Assembly: GCA_963750165.1 (NCBI GenBank)
Contig: CAVVPN010000001.1
Span: 128,001-192,000, forward strand
Reading direction: 5' to 3'
From: an uncultured Gemmataceae bacterium
GTDB taxonomy: Bacteria > Planctomycetota > Planctomycetia > Gemmatales > Gemmataceae
DNA length: 64,000 nucleotides
Positions 53,228 to 63,276 of the stretch are shown here, piece by piece. Below the pieces are notes generated by a model that searched no databases, was not told the origin of the DNA, and saw only the letters and a list, made by a program, of their open reading frames with translations. The position numbers and the translations under genes were made by a program. Position 1 is the first letter of the stretch; every line of letters begins with the position of its first letter.

Positions 53228-53277
53228 CAAGTCCAAATCGCACATTTTCCACGGAGTTTCCTGCCTTTTCCTGCCCT
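53228..53277 (+). repeat. 50-bp direct repeat, copy 2
   Basis: Identical to 43143-43192; similarity extends to GCCTTCAGCC downstream. Confidence 0.9.
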
Positions 53278-53678
53278 TGTTTCCTGCCTTCAGCCGCCGA
53301 GATGCGGATTTTCCGCATGCCTTCCCCTGCCTTGCTCTCCCGTCGCCGTCGCCTCGCCGTATGGGGTGGTCAGAAAGGCCGCACCGGCAGGACGCCGGTA
53401 CAATCGCGGCCTGGCCACCCCAGAAGGCGGGGCAAAGGCGGCGGTGTGGCATGGCATTTGCGCCATCCTTGAGCCTGAGCTGAGCCGGTGGGGTCGGTCT
53501 GACTTGTGGCCTGCTACGTGCGGGCTATTCGTGTGCCCAGTAGTCTCCCAGCAACTACCCGTCACAGCATAGGCAGAACAGATGTTCATGCCTTCGGGCA
53601 TTGCCGCTTGCTGCTTGCCAGGAGTTGTTTTCGACGCTGGCGAACGAATTTTTCCGCGAACGGCAACAGTCCTGCCTG

Positions 53679-54065
53679 TCAGGCAAACAACTCAAGGAGC
53701 GTGGCGACGACCCGGTCAGCCTCCTTTGGGCTGATCGCCCCCAGTTTCTTCAGCAGGCGCTCCTTGTCGAGGGTGCGGATTTGGTCGAGGGCGACTTGCC
53801 CCGCCCGCTTGTGAAATTGGACATTTACGCGGGAGGGGTATGGACGTGGCACGGTGGTCATGGGCGCGACGATGACGGTGCGCAGGAAGTCGTTCAGCTC
53901 GTCGGGCGACACGATGAGACATGGTCTCGTCTTGCGGATTTCAGCCCCCAATGTAGGATCGAGCGAGACCAGATAGACCTCGAAGCGTTTGGGGGAAACG
54001 GCCGAGATGCCTCGCCTGGCTCGCCGTTCCCTTGCGGCGGCTTTCACTCCGCCTGCCATTGCCAC
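53679..54065 (-). CDS. mazF: PemK/MazF family toxin
   Basis: VSLDPTLGAEIRKTRPCLIVSP, VAPMTT, DQIRTLDKERL. Confidence 0.92.
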   Translation of the reverse strand: MAMAGGVKAAARERRARRGISAVSPKRFEVYLVSLDPTLGAEIRKTRPCLIVSPDELNDFLRTVIVAPMTTVPRPYPSRVNVQFHKRAGQVALDQIRTLDKERLLKKLGAISPKEADRVVATLLELFA

Positions 54066-54298
54066 TCGTCCGCGTCCCAGATGTTAGCAAGGGTGCTGGG
54101 TATCAACGGGGTCTCGTCCTGGCTGGCCTGGGAAAAGGCCCTTGCCCATCCTTCACGGGACCTGCGGGCTGGGGCGATCAGCAGCCCCTCGGGCCGCACT
54201 GTGATTTCGACAGTTCGGGTCAGGCCGGACTGCTCGATGAGGGCCTTGGGGATGCGGACGCCTCGGGAGTTGCCGATAGGGATAAGCTCAGATTTCAT
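54044..54298 (-). CDS. mazE: AbrB/MazE family antitoxin
   Basis: IGNSRGVRIPK, C-terminal WDADEWQW. Confidence 0.9.
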   Translation of the reverse strand: MKSELIPIGNSRGVRIPKALIEQSGLTRTVEITVRPEGLLIAPARRSREGWARAFSQASQDETPLIPSTLANIWDADEWQWQAE

Positions 54299-54323
54299 AC
54301 CGCCAGCTCAAGCTATTTCAGAG

Positions 54324-54362
54324 ATGTAATTACATTATAATTACTTTTACGCGGCTTGTCAA
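54324..54362 (-). promoter_or_regulatory. Consensus sigma70 promoter of mazEF with palindromic operator
   Basis: Minus strand TTGACA (54362-54357), 17 bp, TATAAT (54339-54334); perfect palindrome ATGTAATTACAT at 54324-54335. Confidence 0.85.
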
Positions 54363-54432
54363 AGAAAGGGTGTATCCTTTCCCGAACAGGCACCCGGCGG
54401 CAGGGCCACCGACTATCGCGAACCTGCGGGAT

Positions 54433-55950
54433 CTGAACTGTCGCACGCTTCCATGAACAGACGAACACCGATAGTGTCACGGGGCTGTCGCAGAAAGAGA
54501 GAGGGGTTCCTCCTAAGTTTGTGCATAGGTTCTCAAGCCATGCACTCGCCGGAAGGAGCCCCTCATGTGGCTGATGATAGCTTCTCTCCAGCCCATCGTC
54601 CAAGCCCTCGCCCCGGCCTTCACCCTGCCCTCGTTCCACACCCACTGCCAACTCGTGCTCGGCTGGGTGATGTGCCTGGGCCAGCACCGCCTCTGTCGCG
54701 TCGCCGACACCGCCCAACCCCAAGACTTGCGGGACCATTCCCGGCGCCACGGCCTGGACACCACCTACAACTTCTTTGCGCGCTCCGCCTGGACCGTGAC
54801 CGGGTTGGCCTACCACGTCGCCGTCCTCATCCTGACGCGCCTCCACCTGGGCGGCACCATCACGCTGTTGGTGGACGACACCCTGGCCCACAAGCGCGGC
54901 AAGCACGTCTGGGGCCTCGGCTGGTTCCGCGATGCCGTCGCCTCGACCCGCAAACGCACCGCCACGGCCGCGGGGCACAACTGGGTGGTCGTCGCCGTCG
55001 CCGTCTGCCTGCCCTTCGCGAACGCCCCGATCCTGGCGTTGCCCTTGCTGGCCCGGTTGCACCGGCCCGGCCAGGCGCAGCCGTCCTGCCCACTGCTGGC
55101 GCGCGCCTGCTCGCCGAAGTGCTGGCCTGGTTCCCCGGCCGGCGCTTTACCCTGGTGGCCGACGGCGCTTACGCGGCCCAAGCGCTGCTGGCGGACCTGG
55201 ACGAGCGCGTGACCTTCGTCGGCCGGTTGCGCGGCGACGCGGCCGTGTACGACCCGCGTCTGCCTCAGGCCAAGCCCGGCCGGCGCGGCCGCAAGGCGCA
55301 GAAGGGGCCGCGTCTGCCCAACCCCAAAGCAGCCGCCGCCAAGGCCGACCGTAAGCGCGTGGCCACCGGGGACTGGGTGTGGCAGGCGGTGACGGTGACC
55401 GTCTACGGGGAGCAGCGCGTCCTGCGGGCGTTCGCCTACCGGGCGGTGTGGCCGCGGGTGTTGGGGTTGCGGCCGGTGCAGGTGGTGGTGGTGCGCGACC
55501 CGGACGGGAAGTTGGACGATGCCTACCTGTTCACGACCGACGTGCGTGCGGACGTGGGGTGGGTGATTACGCAGTTCGCCTGGCGCTGGTCCATTGAGGT
55601 ACTGTTCCGGGCGAGCAAACAGGTGCTGGACCTCGAGGCGCCACAACACTACAGTCGGGAAGCGGTGGAGAAGGTGGCGCCGTGGGTGTGGTCGTTGCAG
55701 AGCGTCGTGATGGTGTGGTATCTTACCGCCGGTCGGCAGTTGCCGGAGGCGGAGGAATTGCGCAAGTGATGGGACCCTGGGAGAGTGAATGGTCGTTGCG
55801 TCATATGGTTGCCGTGTTGCGGCGGGCGACTTTGAACGCCCTAATTAAACCCAAGTCGGCCGATGCAACGGAACTCCTGAAACTCATCGAAGCGCTGAAA
55901 AACTGCGTAAATCTCGCGGTTTGAGCACTCGGAAAAGTGCGACTGCCAAG
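54433..55950 (+). mobile_element. IS701-family element; transposase 54565..55924 with frameshifts near 55105 and 55765
   Basis: Imperfect TIRs CTGAACTGTCGCACGCTTCC / GGAAAAGTGCGACTGCCAAG, 4-bp GGAT duplication; LVDDTL, VADGAY, RWSIEVLFR DDE motifs. Confidence 0.85.
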
Positions 55951-55978
55951 GGATGGTCTATGCAGGAAAGAGTACGCC

Positions 55979-56993
55979 CTATCCGTTCCGGACATGGTTG
56001 ATGCGATTTTCAAGGTCTGTCAAGGCCGCAAGTATGTCCTCAAACGGGGTGGGATCGGCGAGATACATGTCCCGCATCGCCTGGTAATCGCCGTGCAGCG
56101 CCAGCAGCCGCCCGGGCGGTGGGAGAAGGCGGAACGTCCCCGGTTTCGCCCGGTCGTAGTTCGCCCACGAACTGCCAAAGAACTGGCTCTTCCATGCCAC
56201 GACCCGATCTCGGAGGTCGTGTTGGTCGATGGCCCCGCTCGCGGTGGGGTGCTTTGCCAGAGCCGCCGTATCCGCATAATGGCGGGAGAACCGGTCGGGC
56301 ATTGGTTTCTCGGCCGGCCGGTGGTATTCCATATGAAGGATCGTAGCCTTCTCCCAGAAACTGCGCTCGACTTCCAGGGCTACGACTTCGCACTGCCAGT
56401 CGGAAAATGCGGCAGGCAGGACATCGGCAACCCACGGCCGTATTGGGTGGCGGCCGACCGGCTGTTGGTCGGTAAGAGAACCGAACTCCAGTTTTACCGA
56501 GCGTTTGAGGTACTCGAATCCCGCCGCCTGCGACGACGGGTAGTGGAACAGGAGCACCGGCGAGTTCGTGTGGGCGTCCGTCAGGAACTCGAACCATCCG
56601 CCATCCCGCTTCCCAAGCACTGCCTCCACGACCGCTTCCAGAGCGGGCGCGATCTGCGTCTTCACCGCTTGCGCAGGCGGTCTCCGCCCTTGTCATCCAC
56701 TTGTTTGCCTGGTTCCGGCTCGTCCCCGCCTCCGGCAGGTTCAGAAACTCAGGCGACAGCGACAGGTCGATGTCTTCTGAGAACCGCTCGATGACGCCGA
56801 ACACCTTCGAGAGCGATGTGCCGCCCTTGAACACCAGGCTGCCGGCGAACTCTGACCCGAACAGCAGACCGAGAATCCAGCACACCCAGAAGTCTTTTTC
56901 CAGGAGCACCGGGGATAAGTTCCGGCGTGTCGCTGCCTGCTCGATGTAAAGGCGGCGCTCGTCGGCAGGTAGTCCAAGGAATCCCAGCCTCAT
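55979..56993 (-). CDS. AbiEii-type nucleotidyltransferase toxin; frameshift near 56670
   Basis: EKDFWV, FKGGTSLSKVFGVIERFSEDID, FWEKATILH, SRHYAD. Confidence 0.9.
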
Positions 56994-57616
56994 GCCTCCT
57001 CCTCGGCGAGTTCGCGAAAGATCGGGTGCATCCAGGCGGGGGCCAGCCGCAAGTCCTTGACGAGTTCGCGGCGCTTGTCGGCGGGGAGCGTCCGCTTCAA
57101 ATGTTCTCGGCGCTCCGAGGTCACGTGCTCCTCGCCCAACTCGCGGAGTGCTTGCATCAGCAGGCCGCTGAGCCGCCCTGCCGCCTCCATGTTCCGCGGG
57201 GTCGTCCGCCGGAGCTGGATCGTCGTCGGGCCGATCTTGACCGTTCGGCTCGGGCCGTCAGTCAGGAAGACTGCTCTCGCCGGCACCTGTTCGGATAGGC
57301 CGAGGATGTTGGCCGCGTAGGCTCCGGCGGGCTGGAGCCGAGTGCGGTCGCGTCCAGCCAGCGCACGGGCCACGACGTCAGCGGGCGGGGAGAGCAGACC
57401 GAGTACCGGGTGCTCTTTCGGGAAGTCGTACACCCCGCGGGCCAAGCGGCGGATCGTGCCTTTTCGGGCGAACCGGTACAGGGCAAGATCGACGGCCTCA
57501 CGGCTGCCGAGGTCCAGGAAGTCTCCTGGAACGAACACAGAGCCACGGCCCCACTTCTGAATGCGGGCAAGTATTCGTGAGTCAATACTTTGTGTCTTTT
57601 TTCTCGCGTTAAGCAT
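56990..57616 (-). CDS. AbiEi-like antitoxin (DUF6088-like)
   Basis: DFLDLGSREAVD, IRRLARGVY, AANILGLSEQVP, PAWM. Confidence 0.85.
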   Translation of the reverse strand: MLNARKKTQSIDSRILARIQKWGRGSVFVPGDFLDLGSREAVDLALYRFARKGTIRRLARGVYDFPKEHPVLGLLSPPADVVARALAGRDRTRLQPAGAYAANILGLSEQVPARAVFLTDGPSRTVKIGPTTIQLRRTTPRNMEAAGRLSGLLMQALRELGEEHVTSERREHLKRTLPADKRRELVKDLRLAPAWMHPIFRELAEEEA

Positions 57617-57645
57617 GTAAGGAATTTTAGCCAGTTTTCCTTACA
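57616..57645. promoter_or_regulatory. Inverted repeat at the abiEi start, probable autoregulatory operator
   Basis: TGTAAGGAA-12bp-TTCCTTACA. Confidence 0.6.
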
Positions 57646-57724
57646 AAATCAAGAGGCATCTGAGCCGAATGCCCGGACACGGCTGTCTCCGCAAGGAAAA
57701 ACCCGGCAACGAGGAGGGGTCCAC

Positions 57725-57754
57725 TTGACAGGAAACCCGGGAATGGTGTAAGCT
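57725..57754 (+). promoter_or_regulatory. Putative sigma70 promoter for the HTH-IrrE operon
   Basis: TTGACA-18bp-TAAGCT, 11 bp before the ATG. Confidence 0.55.
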
Positions 57755-57765
57755 AAACGGCGAAC

Positions 57766-58134
57766 ATGGCGAACACAAGCAAAACCTTGGGTGAAGTCAT
57801 TCGGAACGCACGAGTCGCGACCGGGCGAAGCCTGCGTGAATTTGCCCGCGCGCTGGAGATTACGCCTTCGTACCAGAGCGACATTGAAAACGATCGCCGC
57901 GTCCCTTCCGAAGAGGTACTCAAGAAAATCGCCGGACTGCTCAGCCTGAATTACGAGGAATTGATGGCGCTGGCCGGCCGGTTCGGCGAGGACGCAGAGC
58001 GCTATCTTCGCCGCCACCCGACCGCGGGCGCTCTGTTCCGCAAACTCTCGGAGACGAATGCGCCCGAGGATGTGCTTCGCAAAATGCTTCGGGAAGCCGA
58101 GGAATTCGATCGCAAGAAGGAGGAGGACCAGTGA
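57766..58134 (+). CDS. XRE-family HTH regulator (CapH/ImmR-like)
   Basis: LGEVIRNAR...SLREFARALEITPSYQSDIENDRRVPS. Confidence 0.9.
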   Translation: MANTSKTLGEVIRNARVATGRSLREFARALEITPSYQSDIENDRRVPSEEVLKKIAGLLSLNYEELMALAGRFGEDAERYLRRHPTAGALFRKLSETNAPEDVLRKMLREAEEFDRKKEEDQ

Positions 58135-58859
58135 AGCGATTCCGGGACTCCAAAACGGGAGTTGAGCGGTTGTGGATTGAACCCGACGAGATCGAGGCAC
58201 GAACCGAAGCTGAACTGGTCAAGGCGGGACTGATGCCGGCGGTCGATGCTCCGGTTGTTGATGTGGAGGCGTTCGTTGAACAGCACCTGGGCGCCCAGTT
58301 CGATCAGTACGCTTCGCTCCCCGCAGACGTGCTTGGACAGACCGACTTTCGCGTCGGTGTTCCTCCGCTCGTCATGGTGAATGCCGACCTGACCGGGGCG
58401 GCGCTCGACGATGATGACAGCCCGCTTGGCCTAAAAGGGCGCTGGCGGGCAACGGTTGCCCATGAAGCGTGTCACGTGCTTTTTCATCGCTGCCTTTTCA
58501 ACCTGAGTTCGGAGCAAGGATCGTTATTCGGTGAGGACGGCGATTCCCACGAACCGGTCCAGCGGTTGCAACGCTGCCTGAAGCGTGATGTCGTGTACGG
58601 CCGGAGGGGGGCGGACTGGCGGGAAGTGCAGGCGAACATGGGCATGGCGGCGCTGCTCATGCCGCGGCCACTGTTCGTCGCGGTCTGCCAGCGGGAGTTA
58701 TTGCGGTTGGGTAAGGAACGTGTCTACTCCGAGACGCCGGAGGCTGACGCCGTTGCCGGCCATATCGCCAAGGCATTCAAGGTGTCTCGTCAGGCAGCGA
58801 TGATCCGCCTGAAAACGCTGGACCTGCTGGCCAGTCGTGGTCAGGAGTACCTGCTATGA
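58131..58859 (+). CDS. ImmA/IrrE-family metallopeptidase (CapP-like)
   Basis: RATVAHEACH HExxH, EVQANMGMAALLMP, FKVSRQAAMIRL. Confidence 0.88.
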   Translation: MKRFRDSKTGVERLWIEPDEIEARTEAELVKAGLMPAVDAPVVDVEAFVEQHLGAQFDQYASLPADVLGQTDFRVGVPPLVMVNADLTGAALDDDDSPLGLKGRWRATVAHEACHVLFHRCLFNLSSEQGSLFGEDGDSHEPVQRLQRCLKRDVVYGRRGADWREVQANMGMAALLMPRPLFVAVCQRELLRLGKERVYSETPEADAVAGHIAKAFKVSRQAAMIRLKTLDLLASRGQEYLL

Positions 58860-59089
58860 TCGGTGGCTGTTTTTTTGCACGCAGTGTCCGCATATCGGCG
58901 TACAAGGCGTATGCGGCGAGCGCAGCGAATAGTGCAGGAGGCTTATGGCAGAGGATGAGGCTCGAACTTGCACCAGGGTTGAACGAACCTGCCGGCACAC
59001 TTTCCATGTCGGGATCATGTCCGCGAAGACCAGCGCCAGCGATGGGCCAGCGGGGAAAACCTCACCATCATCACACGAAAGGGTTAGCC

Positions 59090-59557
59090 ATGTCTGAAAA
59101 ACAGCCGGAATCGAAACACGAGGTACGGATTCACATCGACCAGCACAGATACGAGTCGCCCAACCCCACGACCGGCGCGGCGCTGTACGCCCTCGGCAAG
59201 GTCGCAGCGGGGCTCGAACTCTACCGGGAAGTGAGCGGAGATAAAGAGGACCAGCCAGTCGAAAATGGCCCGGAAACCGTCCATCTGCGTGAGGATGAGC
59301 ACTTCCACAGCGGCCCGCCCAAGGCGTACACGATTTTCGTGAACGGGCAAAAGAAAGTGGTCACGACGAAAACCCTGACCTTTGATGCGATCGTCAAACT
59401 CGCCTATCCAACGCCTCCGACCGGCGAGAACATCCTGTACACGGTGTCGTACGAGGACGGTCCGCCCTCCAACCCGCAAGGGTCATTGAAGGAGGGCGGA
59501 ACCGTCAAGGTGAAGAACGGGATGATTTTCAATGTCACAGCAACCGATAAGTCGTAG
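59090..59557 (+). CDS. Multiubiquitin-domain protein (two beta-grasp repeats)
   Basis: IHIDQ...TGAALYALG...EHFHS and IFVNG...LTFDAIVKLA...YTVSY...GSL...VKVKNGMIFNVTATDKS. Confidence 0.75.
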   Translation: MSEKQPESKHEVRIHIDQHRYESPNPTTGAALYALGKVAAGLELYREVSGDKEDQPVENGPETVHLREDEHFHSGPPKAYTIFVNGQKKVVTTKTLTFDAIVKLAYPTPPTGENILYTVSYEDGPPSNPQGSLKEGGTVKVKNGMIFNVTATDKS

Positions 59558-59902
59558 CGCCGACTTGAAAAAGCTGCGCGACGAAGGGTATGACCTGGAA
59601 ATCCGGTCGGGCTTCCTTTTGGTGAAGGACGTTCCATACGTGAATTCGCGCAAGGAGGTCAAGAGCGGGATCCTGGTCATGAAACTGGTTCTCGCGGGCG
59701 ACGAAACATCGCGTCCTGACGATCACGTCGCCCATTTTTCAGGGGAGCACCCCTGCAACGAGGACGGCGCCGAGATCGCGAAAATCAAGAATGCGAGTGG
59801 TGAGCGGTCGCTTGCTGACGGCGTGGTCATTCAGCACAGTTTTTCGGCGAAACCAAAGCCGAAGGATCAGTTCGACGATTACTACGCCAAGGTGACGACC
59901 TA
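59532..59902 (+). pseudogene. 5' part (DUF6791/E2-like) of a probable E2-ThiF fusion, truncated by IS3
   Basis: SADLKKLRDEGY, DVPYVN, PDDHVAHFSGEHPC, FSAKP, DYYAKVTTY, then IS left end. Confidence 0.7.
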
Positions 59903-61150
59903 TGAACCTCCCCACGAATGGTGGACACCCAGTTAAGAGTGTAAACTCTCCTGAGGAGGTCCATCATGGCCAGAACCCGACGTACCTACACCCCGGAGTT
60001 CAAGCTCGAGGCCGTCAAGCTCGTCACTGAGCAGGGCTACTCCGTCGCCGAGGCCGCACGCTCCCTCGGCATCCACGAGACCCTGCTCCGCTCCTGGAAG
60101 CAGGCGCTGGAGGCCAAGGGCGGCCAGGCCTTCCCCGGCCAGGGCAAGCTCTCCCCCTTCGAGGAAGAGAACCGCCGCCTCCGGGCCGAGAACCAGCGGC
60201 TCCTGGCGGAGCGCGACATCCTAAAAAAAGCGACGGCGTTCTTCGCCAGGGAGGCGACATGACCTTCCGCTTCATCGAGGAACACCGCGGCCAGTGGCCC
60301 GTGCGCCTGCTCTGCGAAACCCTGGAGGTCTCGACCGCCGGCTACTACGCCTGGCGCGACCGCCCCGCCAGCGACCGCGCCCGGCGCCGCGACACCCTCC
60401 TCGTGGAAATCCGCGCCATCCACGCCGAGGTCAAGGCCCGCTACGGCAGCCCGCGCATCCACGCCGAGCTGGTCGCCCGGGGCCAGGACTGCTGCGTCAA
60501 CACCGTGGCCCGGCTCATGCACGACCACGACCTCCGGGCCAAGACGGCCCGCAAGTTCCGCTGCACGACCGACTCCAACCACGACCTGCCCGTGGCCGCG
60601 AACCTCCTGGATCGGCAGTTCAACCCCGCCGCGGCCAACGAGGCGTGGGTGGCGGACATCACCTACATCCCGACCCGGGAGGGTTGGCTGTACCTGGCTG
60701 TCGTCGAGGACCTGTACTCGCGGCGGGTGGTGGGCTGGTCGATGGCCGACCACCTGGAGAGCCGGCTGGTCGTCGATGCCCTGGAGCTGGCGGTGCAGCG
60801 CCGGCTGCCGGGGGAGGGGTTGCTGGCCCACTCCGACCGGGGCAGCCAGTACGCCAGCGACCACTACCAACGCCTCCTGGGCAAGCACGGCATCACCTGC
60901 AGCATGAGCCGCCGGGCCGACTGCTGGGACAATGCCCCGATGGAGAGCTTCTTCGCCTCCTTGAAGAAGGAACTGGTGCACGACGCCGACTTCGCCACCC
61001 GGGCGGAGGCGCGGGCGGCGCTCGTCGAGTACATCGAGGTCTTCTACAACAGCCAGCGCCGGCACTCGTCGCTGGGGTACGTGTCCCCGGCCGAGTATGA
61101 ACAGTCCGAATAACCGTTAACCCCGTGTCCACTTTTCGTGGGGAACTCCA
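59903..61150 (+). mobile_element. IS3-family element (orfA 59966..60262, orfB 60259..61113)
   Basis: TIRs TGAACCTCCCCACGAATGGTGGACAC / GTGTCCACTTTTCGTGGGGAACTCCA; A7G slippery site at ~60223; WVADITY, HSDRGSQY, DNAPMESFF. Confidence 0.95.
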
Positions 61151-62872
61151 AAGTCAACAAGTTGCCGTCCCCCGGAGGCTCGAGCGGTTCGGGATCATAC
61201 GTCACCGACCCGGAAACTAACCCGCACTCACAGGTGTGGCAAACTCCGGTCCGGCAAGACCAGCGCACGGGGACATCGCAGGCTTCTGCGAGCTCCAGTA
61301 GGCTCTGGAACTTGGGGTCCCAGGAGACCGTGAGGCCCGCGCGAGCAAAGGAAATCCTTGGCCCCTTGCCGGGCGACCCGGCAGGCGCGTGCGGCGGCCG
61401 GCGCGCCTCCTCCTTCACGCCCGGCGTGATGGGCTTGCCCGAACCGAAAATCTCCGTGTGGACGCGATCACGGGCCACGCCCCAACCGCCGAGGCCGGCG
61501 GTGAAGTCCTCCAGGAAGGTAGCAGGGCCGCACAGATAAAAATCGGATTCGCGGGGTACGCCCAGCTTTTCGAGGGCCGTAACGGTCAGCCGGCCGTCAG
61601 CATCGAAGTCAACGCCCACCCGGTCAGTCGCCTCGGGGCGGCTGTACCGGATATGGCTCCGGGCCTGGGGCAGTTTGGCCAGCAACTCGCGTCCTTCTCG
61701 GGCGAAGGGATGATCCAGACTGTTGCGCGCTGCATAGATCCACCAGATCGGGCGCGGCGAGGCGTGTGCTGCCAGCGCGTGGAGCATGGCCAGCACCGGG
61801 GTCACCCCCACGCCAGCACTCAACAGCACCACAGGACGATCGCCGCGCTGCAGGGTGAACGCGCCGCGGGCGCGCTAACGTCCAGAACGTCGCCTGTCCG
61901 AAGCTGCGTACTCAGGTAAGTGCTGGCGATTCCGTGCGGTTCCTCCTTGATGGTGATGCGATAACGGGCGGCGTCCGGCACACCCGACAGCGAGTAGCTG
62001 CGCAAGACCGGAGGCGCGTCGGCTCGAAGACGGAGTCGCAACACGACGAACTGCCCGGGCAGGGGGACGGTCAGAGGGCGACCGTCCACCGGTTCCAGCA
62101 CCAGCGAGACCACGCTGCGGCTCTCGCGATCCATTCTGGCCACGAGTAGCGGCCGGAATCCCGGAGTGGCCGTGACCATCTGCTCCGGTGAAGCCAGTCC
62201 GGGATTCCCTGTGTGTGGCCCGGACTGTGCCGTCTGCCGGAGTAGAGCTTCAAAAGAACCTTTCCAGCCGGGGCTCAGGGCCGGGATGCGCAGAGCGCAC
62301 TCAATGTCCCCCTTGGCGGGCCCGGGAAGATAGAGCAGCGCGTTGATCGCCGTGACAGTCATGCGCTCCGGGTCCTGTGCCACTCTGATGATTTCGTCGC
62401 CGGTGCCCACCTCGCCCTCTTCGAGCACACGGAAATAGAACCCCGGGCGCTGGTGCGCGACCAACAAGGCCGCCATTCTGGGTTCATCCATGCGTATGCC
62501 GACGCGGTAGCAGGTCACGCGCGGCTGCGTCACCTCGAACAGCGCCCCGCCGATCCGGTACCGGTCGCCGACGCAGACCTCGCTGTCGGCCAGGCCCTCC
62601 ACGGTGAAGTTTTCTCCGAATTGCCCGAAGGTGAAATCACTTCGCTTCAGCTCACGCTCCCAGTACTGATAAGAATCCATCTGGTAGACAAAAACAGCGC
62701 GGTGTTCTCCGCCATGACCATGCAGATCGCCTTGTGCGTCGCCATCGACGTTGAGCCGCTCGACCAGGCGGCGTCCCTGCACTGGAGCCTTCCACACGGA
62801 CGTGTAGACGGTCTTCCCGCGCCACGCGATCTCGTGGGGACGCCCGACGTTGACTGACAACAACCGCGCCAT
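61151..62872 (-). CDS. MOSC-3alpha-FAD/NAD-2Fe-2S oxidoreductase; frameshift near 61870, 3' end cut by IS3
   Basis: GQFGENFT, QPRVTC, RPGFYFRV, RSYSL, AGVGVTP, YLCGP, CRTGVCHTC; ends GNLL at the IS. Confidence 0.88.
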
Positions 62873-62911
62873 ACGCACCCCCTTACTTCTTCCTGACCCC
62901 CTTCCAGCCCG

Positions 62912-63208
62912 TCAGGAACCCGAGGCATCCTGCCCGAGGCGCCTCTCCGCCTCGTGGACGTAGCACCACGTCCACGTAGCCCCGGGCATCACAGTTCGCA
63001 TCACGGGATGGCCCGCCTCGTGGAAGTGTCTTGTCGCGTGCTTGCCGGGCGAGGAGTCGCAGCAGCCGACATGGCCGCACGCCTGGCACTCCCGGAGTTC
63101 GACCCAGCGCGTGCCTTCTTTCAGGCACTCCTCACAGGCGCCAGGCGTTCGCGGCGGCGGGAAGTCGGCCGCGGTCAGGTCTTGCAGGTGTTCACACGGC
63201 TTCGCCAT
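62912..63208 (-). CDS. UBP-type zinc finger protein
   Basis: CEECL...WVELRECQACGHVGCCDSSPGKHATRHF...WTWCY. Confidence 0.88.
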   Translation of the reverse strand: MAKPCEHLQDLTAADFPPPRTPGACEECLKEGTRWVELRECQACGHVGCCDSSPGKHATRHFHEAGHPVMRTVMPGATWTWCYVHEAERRLGQDASGS

Positions 63209-63276
63209 GGCGTTCTCCCTTGGATGTTGGCAGTCAACAGCAGGCACTTTGGTGGTCATGGCGAACGCTCCTCTCA

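Noticed and set aside
5720..62872. About 15 frameshifts read as pseudogenisation or programmed frameshifting
   Set aside because: They are single-base indels scattered through unrelated, otherwise intact genes without slippery motifs, which fits long-read consensus error. Only the IS3 A7G site is a credible programmed shift.
62912..63208. UBP-type zinc finger as part of the ubiquitin-like system
   Set aside because: Opposite strand, embedded in a redox cluster, and close to the Ubl operon only through the IS3 junction.
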